Shown: one piece after another, positions 9,294-19,409 of the stretch | How positions within the stretch are numbered: the stretch's first letter is position 1 | Layout of the letters: every line of letters begins with the position of its first letter | Assembly (NCBI GenBank): GCA_044224875.1 | Contig: JBGAJQ010000016.1 | Span: 19,975 to 83,974 of the forward strand | From: Gemmatimonadaceae bacterium | Lineage (GTDB): Bacteria > Gemmatimonadota > Gemmatimonadetes > Gemmatimonadales > Gemmatimonadaceae | Direction: 5' to 3' | DNA: 64,000 nt | The notes under the pieces: generated by a model | The model's database searches: none | What the model was told of the DNA's origin: nothing | Seen by the model: the letters and a program-made list of their open reading frames with translations, nothing else | Position numbers and translations under genes: made by a program

Positions 9294-12200
9294 ATGTCGA
9301 ATACCGCCAAGCTCAAGAAGAAGGCCACCGAGCTCGAACAGAAGAAACAGTTCGACAAGGCGTTGCAGCTGTATATCCAGCTGCTCGACGAGGCTGGGCG
9401 TGACCTCGACGACGCCGATCTGCAGCTCTACAACCGCGTCGGCGACTTGCTGATGCGCCAAGGCAATACCTCCGAGGCCCTGTCGTACTACGAAAAGGCC
9501 GTGGATGTGTACGCCGAGCGCGGCTTCCTGAACAACGCCATCGCCCTCTGTTCCAAGATCCTCCGCCAGTCGCCGGCGCGCACCGCCGTGTACTACAAGC
9601 TCGGCAAGATCTCCGCGAACAAGGGCTTCAAGAGCGACGCCAAGAAGAACTTCCTCGAATACGCCGATCGGATGCAGAAGGCCGGGCAGCGGGACGAAGC
9701 GTACCGCGCCCTGAAGGAATTCGCCGACCTGTGTCCGGATCAGGACGACATCAGGTTGATGCTGGCGGAGATGCTCTCGAAAGAGAATCGTAAGGACGAG
9801 GCGCTCGACCAGCTGCAGACCCTGTACGAGAAACTCGAGGAAGAGGGACGCGGCGCCGAGGCGCGCGCAACACTCGATCGCATGAAGGCGATCGACCCTG
9901 CGGTGCAACCCCGGTCGTCAGGGACCTATCGCTCGCAAAAGTCGAACGACTTGGTATTCCTCGATCTCTCCGCCGACCTTGGGGGGAAGGAATCGGCTCC
10001 GGCGGCGGCCGCAGTCGCCGCTCCGCCACCCAAGCGACCGACCACGCCCGACATTCCGGCGCTGGAAGGCCTGTCATTCCATTTCCTGCCAGAAGACGGG
10101 GATGACGCGGCCGCTGCTCGTGAAGCCGTCGAAGGACTGGAAGCGACGGTACCGGAGGCGGTGCTTGACGACGCGGCGATCGATGCGCTGCTCACCATGC
10201 CCGAAGCGGTGAACACGCTGGAGCAGGTAGGGGAACTGGAAGCCGAAATTCCGCCGCAGGCAATCGAGGACCTGGAGCCAACGGCCGTTGCAGCCGAGGA
10301 CGACATCGACCTGGTCCTCGAGCCGCCAGCCGAGCTGTCCGGTTGGGAACCGACGGCCACCGACGCGCCGCACGCCTCAAAGACGCCCATCCTGGCGCCG
10401 TTGATCGAGGACCCGCTGCTTTCGGGGAGTGAGTTCGCGGAGTTGAACCTGCAGAATGCCGCAGAGCCGCGACCCACCCCGGTTCACGACCTCCTCCTTC
10501 CGACCGAACTTCCGCTCCTGACGCCGCCGGTGGGAGGAGAGGCCCTGGGGCCGGGCATGGTGGCGGTCGATTCGCCGTCACCGATTGAGCTGACGGCACT
10601 CGAGGTGGAAGCGACATCCGACATCGACCTCGAATCGGAGATGATGGCGCCGATCTCCCGAACGGGGGACCGTGCGGCCATCGTCGCCGACGCGCCTTCG
10701 GCCGAGGCGTTTGTCGCGACCGATCCCCTGGGGATGCGCGTCATCGCCACGGCCCACATTCCGGACGAGGAGCCCGAATCGCCCGACCTCCTGGTTGAGG
10801 CGACGGCAGAGCCTCTGAGCGACACGGCGGCGGGCACCGACCAGTCGGAATCGGCCAGCGAGGATGCCACGGAGCTCTCGGAAGCCAACGAGCATGCGGA
10901 GGAGCTGGCGGCCGCCGCGGCGCCACTTCTCAGCACCGAAGAGCACGATGCGGCCATACTCGCGCAGTTGAACGAAGCCTCCATCGATGCGGCGTTCGAG
11001 ACGGCTGCTGTGGATGCGCCTCCTTCGGACTCAACGGCCGTCGAGGTGGAGCCCGATGTCGAATCGGTTGCCGAGGAAGAGGTCGTCGCCGATGGGGCAC
11101 TCATGGGAGACGCTCCCGGCTTCGGGGACGGGGACGAGGAAGCTGGTACGTTTGTGCCGAGCCCGCGGCTTTCGGCGCTCACGCTGCAGCCGGACTCCTG
11201 GACGAATGACGACGTGGCCGAGGTCCTGATCGACGGCGAATGGCGGGACGAGCATGTGTCAGATGCGGTGCCGGCCACCAACGATGAGCCGAAGCGCTTT
11301 GACGATCTCGCGGCGGCCATGATGTGGGTGCCGTCGGACGAGCGTGACATGCCGGTCGACGTCGGTACTCCTGTCGCTCCGGACGAAGACCCGGCCTTTG
11401 CATTCCATACGCCGCGTAGCCACTTGTCGTTCGGCGGTGTCGAAGACCAGCTCCGCCGTCGGCTTGAACTCGTGCCGGAAAACTGGGCGCTTCGTCGCCA
11501 ACTGGGCGAGGTGCTCCTCGATTCTGGCGACCGAGATGCCGGGTTGTATGAGCTGGACCTGGCCATGGTCGGCTACGAGCTGTCCGGCGACCTGCACGGC
11601 GCCATGGAAGTCGCCGACGAAATCGTTCGCCTCGTGCCCGTTTCCGTTCGTCACCACCAGAAGCGCGTTGAGTACGCGGTGCGATCTGGCGACCGGTTGC
11701 GGCTGGTCGACGCCTATATGGAGCTGGGTGACGCGCTCTTCCGCGATGGGCAAGCGGACAAGGCTCACGCGGTCTACGCTCGGGTGTTGGAGCTCTCGCC
11801 CGGACATGAGCGCGCCACGTTTGCGCTCGGCACCTTCGCGGCTCCCACGGAGGACGCAGAGCCTGGGCGCGTGGGTCGGCCGCGTGGGCTGACGTATATC
11901 ACGCCAGAAGACGCCTTCGCCGAATGGGAAGCCCCCGCACACGTCCTGGGTTCGTTTGTCTCGGCCAAGTCTGGTGAGCAGCCAGCCACGGCCGAGCCGG
12001 AAGCGTTGCCGTCCGACGCACAGGGTGACGTGCCCGCCGAGCAGGTTGAAGGTGCGGGGGCCGAAGCCGTTGCCGGTGAGCAGCCCAGCGAGGTGCGTCC
12101 CCTCGAGGCGCAGGAAGGCGCGGCGGTTGAAGCTGAGCGACGTTATTCCGAGCCCGCAGAAGAGGCGGCTACGCTGTCCACCGACGCGGGTCCGGGCACG

Positions 12201-12926
12201 CCCGAGGCGGCAGGTGGGCGCGACGAGGCGGTTGCCAGTGAAGGAACGTCAGGATCCGTGCTCGACACCGAATCGCTGCGCCGCGCGGTTGAGCGTCGGA
12301 ATGCGACTGAGACCGACTCGCCCGCTCCAGCGAGCGCAGCGGCAACCGAGGAACCGCCGATCCTGAAGCGGGCCCGATCACTCACTCCGGTGGGTGCGCG
12401 GGACGATGATTTCGTCGATCTGGGCGATTGGTTGCGGGCGACGGAACCCGAAAAGACCACGCGCATGGTGGTTGAGGAAGCGCGGCCTTCGGGCGACGAG
12501 CAGGCGGATTTCGATGACATGCTCCGCCGGTTCAAACGCGGGGTCGCCGAGAACGTCGAGGAGGAGGACTTTGCCTCGCACTATGATCTGGGCGTTGCCT
12601 ACAAGGAAATGGGGCTGACCGACGAGGCGATCGCCCAGTTCCAGCGCGCCCTCCGGGGTGAAAGCCACCGGATCAGGTCCTACGAAGCGTTGGGGCAGTG
12701 CTTCGTGGAGAAGGGCCAGCACGCGGTGGCTAGTGCCCTCTTGCAGCGGGCCGTAGAAACATCGCAGGTGGACGATACCCAGCTTGTGGGGGTGCTGTAC
12801 CTGCTCGGATATTCGATGGAGTCCATGGGGCGCCGAAGCGACGCAATGCGTTATTATCAACGCGTCTTTGCCGTGGACATTGAATTCCGAGACGTGGCGC
12901 AGCGAGTCGCCGCGATGGAGCACTAG
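9294..12926 (+). CDS. Large tetratricopeptide-repeat protein with long acidic linkers (SgmX-like architecture)
   Basis: N-terminal, central and C-terminal TPR clusters ('HYDLGVAYKEMGLTDEAIAQF') separated by E/A/P/D-rich low-complexity regions. Confidence 0.8.
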   Translation: MSNTAKLKKKATELEQKKQFDKALQLYIQLLDEAGRDLDDADLQLYNRVGDLLMRQGNTSEALSYYEKAVDVYAERGFLNNAIALCSKILRQSPARTAVYYKLGKISANKGFKSDAKKNFLEYADRMQKAGQRDEAYRALKEFADLCPDQDDIRLMLAEMLSKENRKDEALDQLQTLYEKLEEEGRGAEARATLDRMKAIDPAVQPRSSGTYRSQKSNDLVFLDLSADLGGKESAPAAAAVAAPPPKRPTTPDIPALEGLSFHFLPEDGDDAAAAREAVEGLEATVPEAVLDDAAIDALLTMPEAVNTLEQVGELEAEIPPQAIEDLEPTAVAAEDDIDLVLEPPAELSGWEPTATDAPHASKTPILAPLIEDPLLSGSEFAELNLQNAAEPRPTPVHDLLLPTELPLLTPPVGGEALGPGMVAVDSPSPIELTALEVEATSDIDLESEMMAPISRTGDRAAIVADAPSAEAFVATDPLGMRVIATAHIPDEEPESPDLLVEATAEPLSDTAAGTDQSESASEDATELSEANEHAEELAAAAAPLLSTEEHDAAILAQLNEASIDAAFETAAVDAPPSDSTAVEVEPDVESVAEEEVVADGALMGDAPGFGDGDEEAGTFVPSPRLSALTLQPDSWTNDDVAEVLIDGEWRDEHVSDAVPATNDEPKRFDDLAAAMMWVPSDERDMPVDVGTPVAPDEDPAFAFHTPRSHLSFGGVEDQLRRRLELVPENWALRRQLGEVLLDSGDRDAGLYELDLAMVGYELSGDLHGAMEVADEIVRLVPVSVRHHQKRVEYAVRSGDRLRLVDAYMELGDALFRDGQADKAHAVYARVLELSPGHERATFALGTFAAPTEDAEPGRVGRPRGLTYITPEDAFAEWEAPAHVLGSFVSAKSGEQPATAEPEALPSDAQGDVPAEQVEGAGAEAVAGEQPSEVRPLEAQEGAAVEAERRYSEPAEEAATLSTDAGPGTPEAAGGRDEAVASEGTSGSVLDTESLRRAVERRNATETDSPAPASAAATEEPPILKRARSLTPVGARDDDFVDLGDWLRATEPEKTTRMVVEEARPSGDEQADFDDMLRRFKRGVAENVEEEDFASHYDLGVAYKEMGLTDEAIAQFQRALRGESHRIRSYEALGQCFVEKGQHAVASALLQRAVETSQVDDTQLVGVLYLLGYSMESMGRRSDAMRYYQRVFAVDIEFRDVAQRVAAMEH

Positions 12927-12931
12927 ACGAC

Positions 12932-13942
12932 GTGACCACACAGTCCCGTGTGACCCCCGTTCGCAACGCTGGACTCAAGGAAATTCAGGAACCTGTGCGC
13001 GAGGCGCTGAGCCGCGTCTCCGACGAGATGTGGCGCATCGTCTCTGTGGGCGGCGACGTCTTTTCGGGCGTGAATCAGCACCTGATGTTGATGAAGGGGA
13101 AAATGCTCCGCCCGACGCTGTTGTTGCTGTCGAGTCAGGCGCGGGGGCGGCCGGAGCCACGCGCTGCGGCGTATGCGGCGGTGCTGGAGTTGATCCATCT
13201 CGCGACCCTGGTCCACGACGACGCCGTCGACCACTCGGTACTGCGTCGCGGCATGCCGACCATCAACGCGCTCTTTACGCATCAGGTGTCGGTGATCGCC
13301 GGCGATTTCCTCTACTCGCGAGCCGTACAAGAGCTCGTCCGTCTGGACGACATGGAGCCGTTGCGAGTCTTTGCCAAGGCCTCGAACGAACTCACGTTAG
13401 GCGAAATGCGGCAACTATCGGCGTTGGACGCGCTCGCCTTTTCGGAAGACGACTACGAGTTTCTCATCCGCGCCAAGACGTCGGCGCTGTTCTCGGCGGC
13501 CTGCGAAGTCGGCGCGATTTGTGGGGGCGGGGCGCCGAGCGATCGTGAAGCCCTTCGTCGATATGGCGAGCGCCTGGGCATGGCCTTTCAGGTGGCCGAT
13601 GACCTGCTCGATTATACGGAGGACGCGAACACCACGGGGAAGCCGACCGGACTGGACCTGCGTGAGCACAAGGTGACGCTACCGCTGATCTATGCGTTAC
13701 GCGACATCGCGCCAGGGCGACGTGCGGCCGTTGAGGAGCTCTTCCGGGCGCCAGAGCCATCGGATGAGCAAATCGCTCGTGTGGTGGAGGTTGTTCGTGA
13801 GGCCGGCGGCCTGGAGTACGCTCGGCGACGCGGCGAGGAGTTCGCCATGGAGGCGGAGGAGTCGATCGCGGAGCTTCCCGATACCCCCGCGCGCACGGCC
13901 CTGTTTGATGCCGTCGCCTACGTCATGGACCGGAGGTCCTAG
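12932..13942 (+). CDS. Polyprenyl diphosphate synthase (IspB/HepT-like)
   Basis: 'GKMLRP', FARM 'VHDDAVD..LRRG', SARM 'FQVADDLLD', 'GKPTGLDLRE.KVTLP'. Confidence 0.92.
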   Translation: MTTQSRVTPVRNAGLKEIQEPVREALSRVSDEMWRIVSVGGDVFSGVNQHLMLMKGKMLRPTLLLLSSQARGRPEPRAAAYAAVLELIHLATLVHDDAVDHSVLRRGMPTINALFTHQVSVIAGDFLYSRAVQELVRLDDMEPLRVFAKASNELTLGEMRQLSALDALAFSEDDYEFLIRAKTSALFSAACEVGAICGGGAPSDREALRRYGERLGMAFQVADDLLDYTEDANTTGKPTGLDLREHKVTLPLIYALRDIAPGRRAAVEELFRAPEPSDEQIARVVEVVREAGGLEYARRRGEEFAMEAEESIAELPDTPARTALFDAVAYVMDRRS

Positions 13943-14221
13943 ATGAACAAGGGATCTCCACGGCATCGTCCCCTCTTTCACGCGGTGGTGCTGGCGAGCG
14001 GTTTTGTGGTCGGCGGGTTCATGAATGTCTTTGCCCGACGGTTCCTTCCCGTTGGGGCGGTCAAGGAGTTTCTTACTACGGGCGTCACCCCCGCTTTAGG
14101 CCCGGTCAAGATAGATTTGGTTATCTTGAGTTTCTCGTTGGGACCGATCGCCATGGATGTGTCCCTACTGAGTCTGGTTGGGGTATTGATCGCTTATCTG
14201 ATCGCGCGGTCGCTCTTCTAG
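13943..14221 (+). CDS. Small membrane protein (DUF4321-like)
   Basis: 92 aa, two hydrophobic segments, 'PVKIDLVILSFSLG...VSLLSLVG' pattern. Confidence 0.6.
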   Translation: MNKGSPRHRPLFHAVVLASGFVVGGFMNVFARRFLPVGAVKEFLTTGVTPALGPVKIDLVILSFSLGPIAMDVSLLSLVGVLIAYLIARSLF

Positions 14222-14229
14222 GAGACGTT

Positions 14230-14481
14230 ATGAATTTCGGTAACCTGGGTTTCACAGAGATCCTCCTTATCCTCGTCGTAGTGCTACTTCTCTTTGGCGC
14301 CCGCCGGCTCCCTGAGATTGGGGCCTCCTTTGGGAAGGGAATTCGTGAGTTCAGGAAGAGCTTGAGCGATGTCAACAACGAGATCGCTCAACCGCAGCGC
14401 AACGAGCGGCTCACGCAACCGGCGCCCGAAACGCGCGTTGAAGAGGAAGCTCGACCTGAGCCAAAACGGCTGCTGAACTAA
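14230..14481 (+). CDS. tatA: Twin-arginine translocase TatA/E subunit
   Basis: 'LGFTEILLILVVVLLLFGARRLPEIGASFGKGIREF'; SD GGAG upstream. Confidence 0.95.
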   Translation: MNFGNLGFTEILLILVVVLLLFGARRLPEIGASFGKGIREFRKSLSDVNNEIAQPQRNERLTQPAPETRVEEEARPEPKRLLN

Positions 14482-14494
14482 GACATCCCCGTAG

Positions 14495-14532
14495 AAAAGA
14501 GGGCCGACCAGACTGGTCGGCCCTCTTGTTTT
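14495..14532. terminator. Bidirectional intrinsic terminator between convergent tatA and ppiD-like gene
   Basis: Perfect 14-bp inverted repeat AAGAGGGCCGACCA-gac-TGGTCGGCCCTCTT (14497-14527), A-run before and T-run after. Confidence 0.88.
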
Positions 14533-14550
14533 CGCCCTCGAGAGCTCTCG

Positions 14551-16389
14551 CTAAGTCGTCGCGGCGGCCTGTTCACGCGCCGCGGCATTCAGGGACTTCC
14601 GCTTGTCCGCGACTTTCGCCGCCTTCCGGAGCCCGTCCAGGTAATTGCGGACCCGCGCCTCACGCAGCGAATTCATCGCCTCCTTGCGCTGTTCGCCTTT
14701 CTGCTTGTCCCAGACGTCCTTCGAGGCGTCGATGCGCTTGTCGACGCGCATGACGAAGACTCCCTCGTCGGTGACGACCGGTTCACTGACCTTGCCGACG
14801 GGAAGGGCAAAGGCCGCGCCGATGGCGGCATTCAGCCTGCCGAGTCCCGGGACAAACGCCGGCCGGGCAAAAATCGGCGATGTGTTGAGGGTGAGATCCT
14901 TTGCTTTTGCCGCAGCCTCCATCGTGGATTGGCTTGCCTCCTTCGCAAAAGCTTGAGCGCGTGGGAGCACGGCGTCGGACTTCTTCTTCTGTGCCAGCAG
15001 CGAGGCTATTTCGCTCTTCACGTCGTTCAGCGGGGCAATCCCTCCTTCGCGCAGCGAGTCGAGCCTGGCGATAAAGTAGGAATCGTCGGAGTCGAACATC
15101 TCGCTCGTCTCACCGGGCTTCACCCCTCCAAAAGCCCACGCGCTCACGCTCGGAACGGCCTTGCCATTCGCAAACAATGGTTGACCTTCCGTCGCTTGCA
15201 CACGCGACGGCGTCAGCTTCAACAACTTGGCAGCAGAGTCGAACTTCTCCGGCGTACTCGTGCCAGCCGCGATCTTCACCAGCGAGTCCGCCTTGCGGTC
15301 GGTGCGAGTGGCCGACGAGTCGGATTGCTGGATGCGCAGGAGGATGTGGCGCAGGGCTAGCGTGTCTCCCTTGCGATCGTCCACGCGAATCAGGTGATAG
15401 CCGAAGTTGGTGAGCACGGGCTGCGAGATCTCGCCCACCCTGAGCGCGTATGCCGCCTTCTCGAAGTCGGGGACGAATCGACCCTTCCCACCGCGCCCGA
15501 GGTCGCCTCCGTTGGCACCGGAAATCGTGTCCGCGGATTCGCGCTTAGCGACGTCCTCGAACTTCGCCCCCTTCTCGATTTCGTCTCGGATCGCCTCGGC
15601 GCGTGTCCGAACGGCGGCGGTGTCGGCGGCCGTAACCGTCCGCGGGATCTCCATGAGAGAAAGCACCGCATGTCCGGGACGGTCGAAGCGCTTTTGGTTG
15701 GCGTCGTAGTACGTCCGGATTTCGGCGTCGGTCACCTTGATGCTCGAGTCGGGCACGGACGCCGGGTCAAACATCACGAATGTGACTTGAGAGGAGTCGT
15801 TCAGGTCGCGGTACACAGACCACAACTTCACGTCGCTCACATAGACATCGCCTGCGAGCTGGTCAAAAAGCTTGGCTCGCGGGATTTCGTTCCGATAATA
15901 GTTTTCGAGCTGCACGAGGAGTCCCTGCTGGCGGGACGCCGGGCTTTTCAGCAGCCGCTGGTACTTGGCCAGGTCGAACTGACCGTCCGTCTGAAGCTCC
16001 GGATTCTGCATCAGCTCAGGCGGAGGATTGGTCTGCGAGGCCTCAATCACCTCGGCGTCGGTGACGCCAATGTGGCGGCGCTTGTACTCCTGATCCAGCA
16101 GGATATTCGTTACAAGTTGTTCAAATGCTTGATCTTCAACCCGGCGGCGATCATCCATCGTCAGGCTTCGGCCGCTCTGCCGTTCCTGCTGTTGCTGGAT
16201 GGAGTTGGAGAGATTCACCCAGGTGAGGTAGGGGATGTCCACGCCATTGACCGAGCCAACGACGGTACTGGTCGTGATCTGTTCCCGTCCGAGGAGTCCA
16301 GAGGTCTGAACGAACAGAAACCCGCCGACGAAGCAGGCGACCACAAAGAGCCAAATCCATTTTGCGTTGGCTCGCATCCGTTGCAGCAC
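14551..16389 (-). CDS. PpiD/SurA-family parvulin peptidyl-prolyl isomerase chaperone
   Basis: N-terminal TM anchor, SurA_N-like region, parvulin motif 'FEDVAKRES.D..SGANGGDLG..FVPDFEKAAY.L.VGEISQPV.T.FGYHLI'. Confidence 0.88.
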   Translation of the reverse strand: MLQRMRANAKWIWLFVVACFVGGFLFVQTSGLLGREQITTSTVVGSVNGVDIPYLTWVNLSNSIQQQQERQSGRSLTMDDRRRVEDQAFEQLVTNILLDQEYKRRHIGVTDAEVIEASQTNPPPELMQNPELQTDGQFDLAKYQRLLKSPASRQQGLLVQLENYYRNEIPRAKLFDQLAGDVYVSDVKLWSVYRDLNDSSQVTFVMFDPASVPDSSIKVTDAEIRTYYDANQKRFDRPGHAVLSLMEIPRTVTAADTAAVRTRAEAIRDEIEKGAKFEDVAKRESADTISGANGGDLGRGGKGRFVPDFEKAAYALRVGEISQPVLTNFGYHLIRVDDRKGDTLALRHILLRIQQSDSSATRTDRKADSLVKIAAGTSTPEKFDSAAKLLKLTPSRVQATEGQPLFANGKAVPSVSAWAFGGVKPGETSEMFDSDDSYFIARLDSLREGGIAPLNDVKSEIASLLAQKKKSDAVLPRAQAFAKEASQSTMEAAAKAKDLTLNTSPIFARPAFVPGLGRLNAAIGAAFALPVGKVSEPVVTDEGVFVMRVDKRIDASKDVWDKQKGEQRKEAMNSLREARVRNYLDGLRKAAKVADKRKSLNAAAREQAAATT

Positions 16390-16574
16390 TGGCGGACTCC
16401 TAAGCGAAAACCGTGACTTTCCGGGGGTACTGAGAGCCGAGAAAGCTATTTGTGATCTGAGTCTAAAAGCAAGTTACTCTGTCACTTCTGGCGAGATGGC
16501 TCGTCCTAATTTCGAACCGACGGCGACCCCGGACTCGCCGCAAACACTTGGCTCAACGCCTTTGAGGGCTAGGC

Positions 16575-18972
16575 ATGGCCACCAATGCCCGTCTAGAAGA
16601 GCTGAAAAAGAAGTTTGACGAGAACCCACGGCGATACTTCGCTCCATTGGCGAATGAGTATCGCAAGCAGGGCGATCTCACGCAGGCGATTACTCTCTGC
16701 CGCGCGCACCTTCCGAATCAGCCGGGACACATCAGCGGACACATCGTTCTCGCACAAGCCCTGTACGAGGCGCGCGAGCTTCCAGAGTCACGCCAGATCT
16801 TCGAGCAAGCGCTCGAGCTCGATCCAGAGAATCTGATCGCCCTTCGGTCCCTTGGCGACATCGCGCGCGCCCAAGATGACGTTGCGGCTGCACGTTCCTG
16901 GTACGAGCGGGTACTGGACGCCGATCCGCGAAACGACGAAATCACGACGCTGCTTCGCGAACTTGCCGCGGAGCCCGTTGTCGTAGCCGCCGCTCCTGTG
17001 GAGGCGTTCGAAAGCGAGGCGCCCGCGCCCACGGTGATCGCTGCGGAGCCCGCGCCGCTCGCATCGGAGCCACAGGAACCCGCTTGGGATCCCGACAAGA
17101 CGCCAATCGCGAACGTCGCAATTCCGGAACACCCCGTCGCCACGGTGGACGCACCAGAGGCTTTGCCCGCCGACGATTCATCGGACATTTTCGGTGAAGG
17201 CACGGTTGATCAGGGGGCCGAACTACTTGAATCGTTCGAGCCGACGGAACTGAAGGCCGAGGCGGCCGTCGAGGCCTCGGAGCCGGCGCCAAGCGACGCC
17301 TTCGAACTGGACCTACCGGAACTCACAGCGGCAGCACCGGAGTCGCCGGCCAGCGAGATCGCGCAGCCCGAAGCCGAGGGAGCAGCGGTAGCGGAGTCCT
17401 CACCGGCCTCACAGCCGGAGAGCGAGTTTGTCGAGGACGCCTCGGCATTCGCTGCGGCGCAAGAACTGAGTGATCCCGAAGCGCTTCCTGAACCAATGGG
17501 AGACGATTGGTTCAACGCCCCAACGCCCCCGCGCGGTGTCGTTCGCCAGTATGAGCCGGAGGTTCCGACCGAGCCCGCGACTCCTCAGACCGCGCCCCTC
17601 ACGTTGCAGATTCCGACACCGGCGGAGGGAGCCACCGCGCAATCGACGTCCGTCGATCTTGGCACCTTCGACCTCATTGAGGCTGGATCGTCCGCGCCGG
17701 CCGACCTGAGTCCTCCGTCGCAAGCGAATGAAGAGGAGCATCCCGCGTCGTGGTTCGACGCGCCGGTAGAGTCCAGCCAGCCGACCGTCGAGTTGACTCA
17801 ACCGATCGACGAGCCGAGTCAACCGACCGCCGAGCTCACGGAGCAAGCGTTGGACCTCGAGCCAGCTGACTTCTCGACCTCGGAGCCTGAAGCCCAAGAG
17901 ACGCCGATCGCTGGCGAATCAGCGATTGCCGAAGTCGAGGCGGAGGCGACGGCCGAGTCGCCGTCGGCTGAGCCATCGGAGGAGGACGCTGCGATCGTTG
18001 CAGCTGCGGCCCAGGCGACCGAGGAGTTCGAGATTCGCGCCGAGGCGACCTCTGTGCTTCTGTCCGAGGATGAGGAACAGGTAGACGCTGCGCACGACAT
18101 GCCGCCAAGCGCGGAACTGGAGGGCGCTTGGAGCTCGAAGCGATCGATCGTGGGATGACCGATCGCGAAGATGTCTTTGGCTCGATCACCCTGCACGACG
18201 AACCGGTCGATGAGGATTCGAGCATCCCGGCGGACTTGGCGCTTGCGTCGACGCTTTCTGCTGACCCAGCGTTGGGACGCATGGCGCCAGAGGACGCGGC
18301 GACGGAGAGCGAGACCGCAAATGTTCGTCAATCGAGACGATGGCGGAGTTGTACCTGCAGCAAGGGTTCACCGACGAGCGCGCTTGGGATCTACCAGGCT
18401 CCGAACAGAATCCGGGTGACGAAGGGATCCAGGCGCGGATTGTCGCGCTCGAATCTGGTGCCGTCTCTACGGTGGAAGCCGCCGCAGACGCCGCACACCT
18501 GATCGATCGGCACGGGCAGTCGGTACGCACGTTCTTCGGCCGTGTGGCATCCCACCGGCCGCGTCGTCGTGCCGCGGTCGCATCGAGTGCGCTCGATGTG
18601 TCGTCGCTCGGCGCACAGTACGCAAACCGCGCCAGCGCCACGGAATTCGAAGTTCAGCCTTCGGCGCTGTCAAAGCTGTTCTCGGCGGCGCCTCAAGCCC
18701 CAGCCGACGACGCAGCAGCCACGCAATTGGCCAGCGCTTTTACCGCCGACGCCGTCGGCCGACCGACGCGAGCTGCCGATTCGGAGTTGTCCTTGGACCA
18801 CCTCTTTCGCGATGTTCCTCCGGAATCGTCCAGCGCCGTGACGCTGGATGCATTCTTCGCCGCACCCGGCGGCGACGCCGCTTCACTCGAGGCCGATGGC
18901 TTGGCACCCGAGGAGCGGACGGGCGACATCGAACAGTTCACGGCGTGGCTCGAAGGACTCAAGAAGAAGTGA
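16575..18972 (+). CDS. TPR protein with long acidic linker (indels at about 18130-18410 split it into ORFs 16575-18158 and 18340-18972)
   Basis: N-terminal TPRs 'RYFAPLANEYRKQG..'; disrupted '(FV)-ETMAELYLQQG' motif at about 18325-18365; ends 'FTAWLEGLKKK'. Confidence 0.7.
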
Positions 18973-19409
18973 AGATTGCCGTTCTCAACGGCCCCAATCT
19001 CAACTTGCTCGGCTCTCGCGAGCCACACATCTACGGAACGACCACCCTCGCGCAAATCGAAACTCGATTGCGCGAGGTTGGTCGCGAACTTTCCGTGGAG
19101 TTGGAGTTCCTCCAGAGCAATCACGAGGGCGTCCTGATCGACGCCATCCAGGGGCACCGGGGTCGTGTTGCCGGCGCGATCATCAATGCGGGGGCGCTCA
19201 GCCACACCAGCGTGGCTATCCGCGACGCATTTGCGGCGTGTGAAATGCCGTACGTCGAGGTTCACATCAGCAATATTTTCGCGCGTGAACCGGAGCGACG
19301 GCACTCCGCGCTGGCGGGTGGTGCGTCTGGGTTCATTTGCGGCTTGGGGGCAGAGGGCTACGAGCTGGCCCTGCGCGGACTCGTGGCGCGCCTAACGCGC
19401 CGTGGCTGA
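18969..19409 (+). CDS. aroQ: Type II 3-dehydroquinate dehydratase
   Basis: 'LNGPNLNLLGSREPHIYG', 'QSNHEG', 'HTSVAIRDA', 'EVHISNIFARE'. Confidence 0.96.
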   Translation: MKIAVLNGPNLNLLGSREPHIYGTTTLAQIETRLREVGRELSVELEFLQSNHEGVLIDAIQGHRGRVAGAIINAGALSHTSVAIRDAFAACEMPYVEVHISNIFAREPERRHSALAGGASGFICGLGAEGYELALRGLVARLTRRG

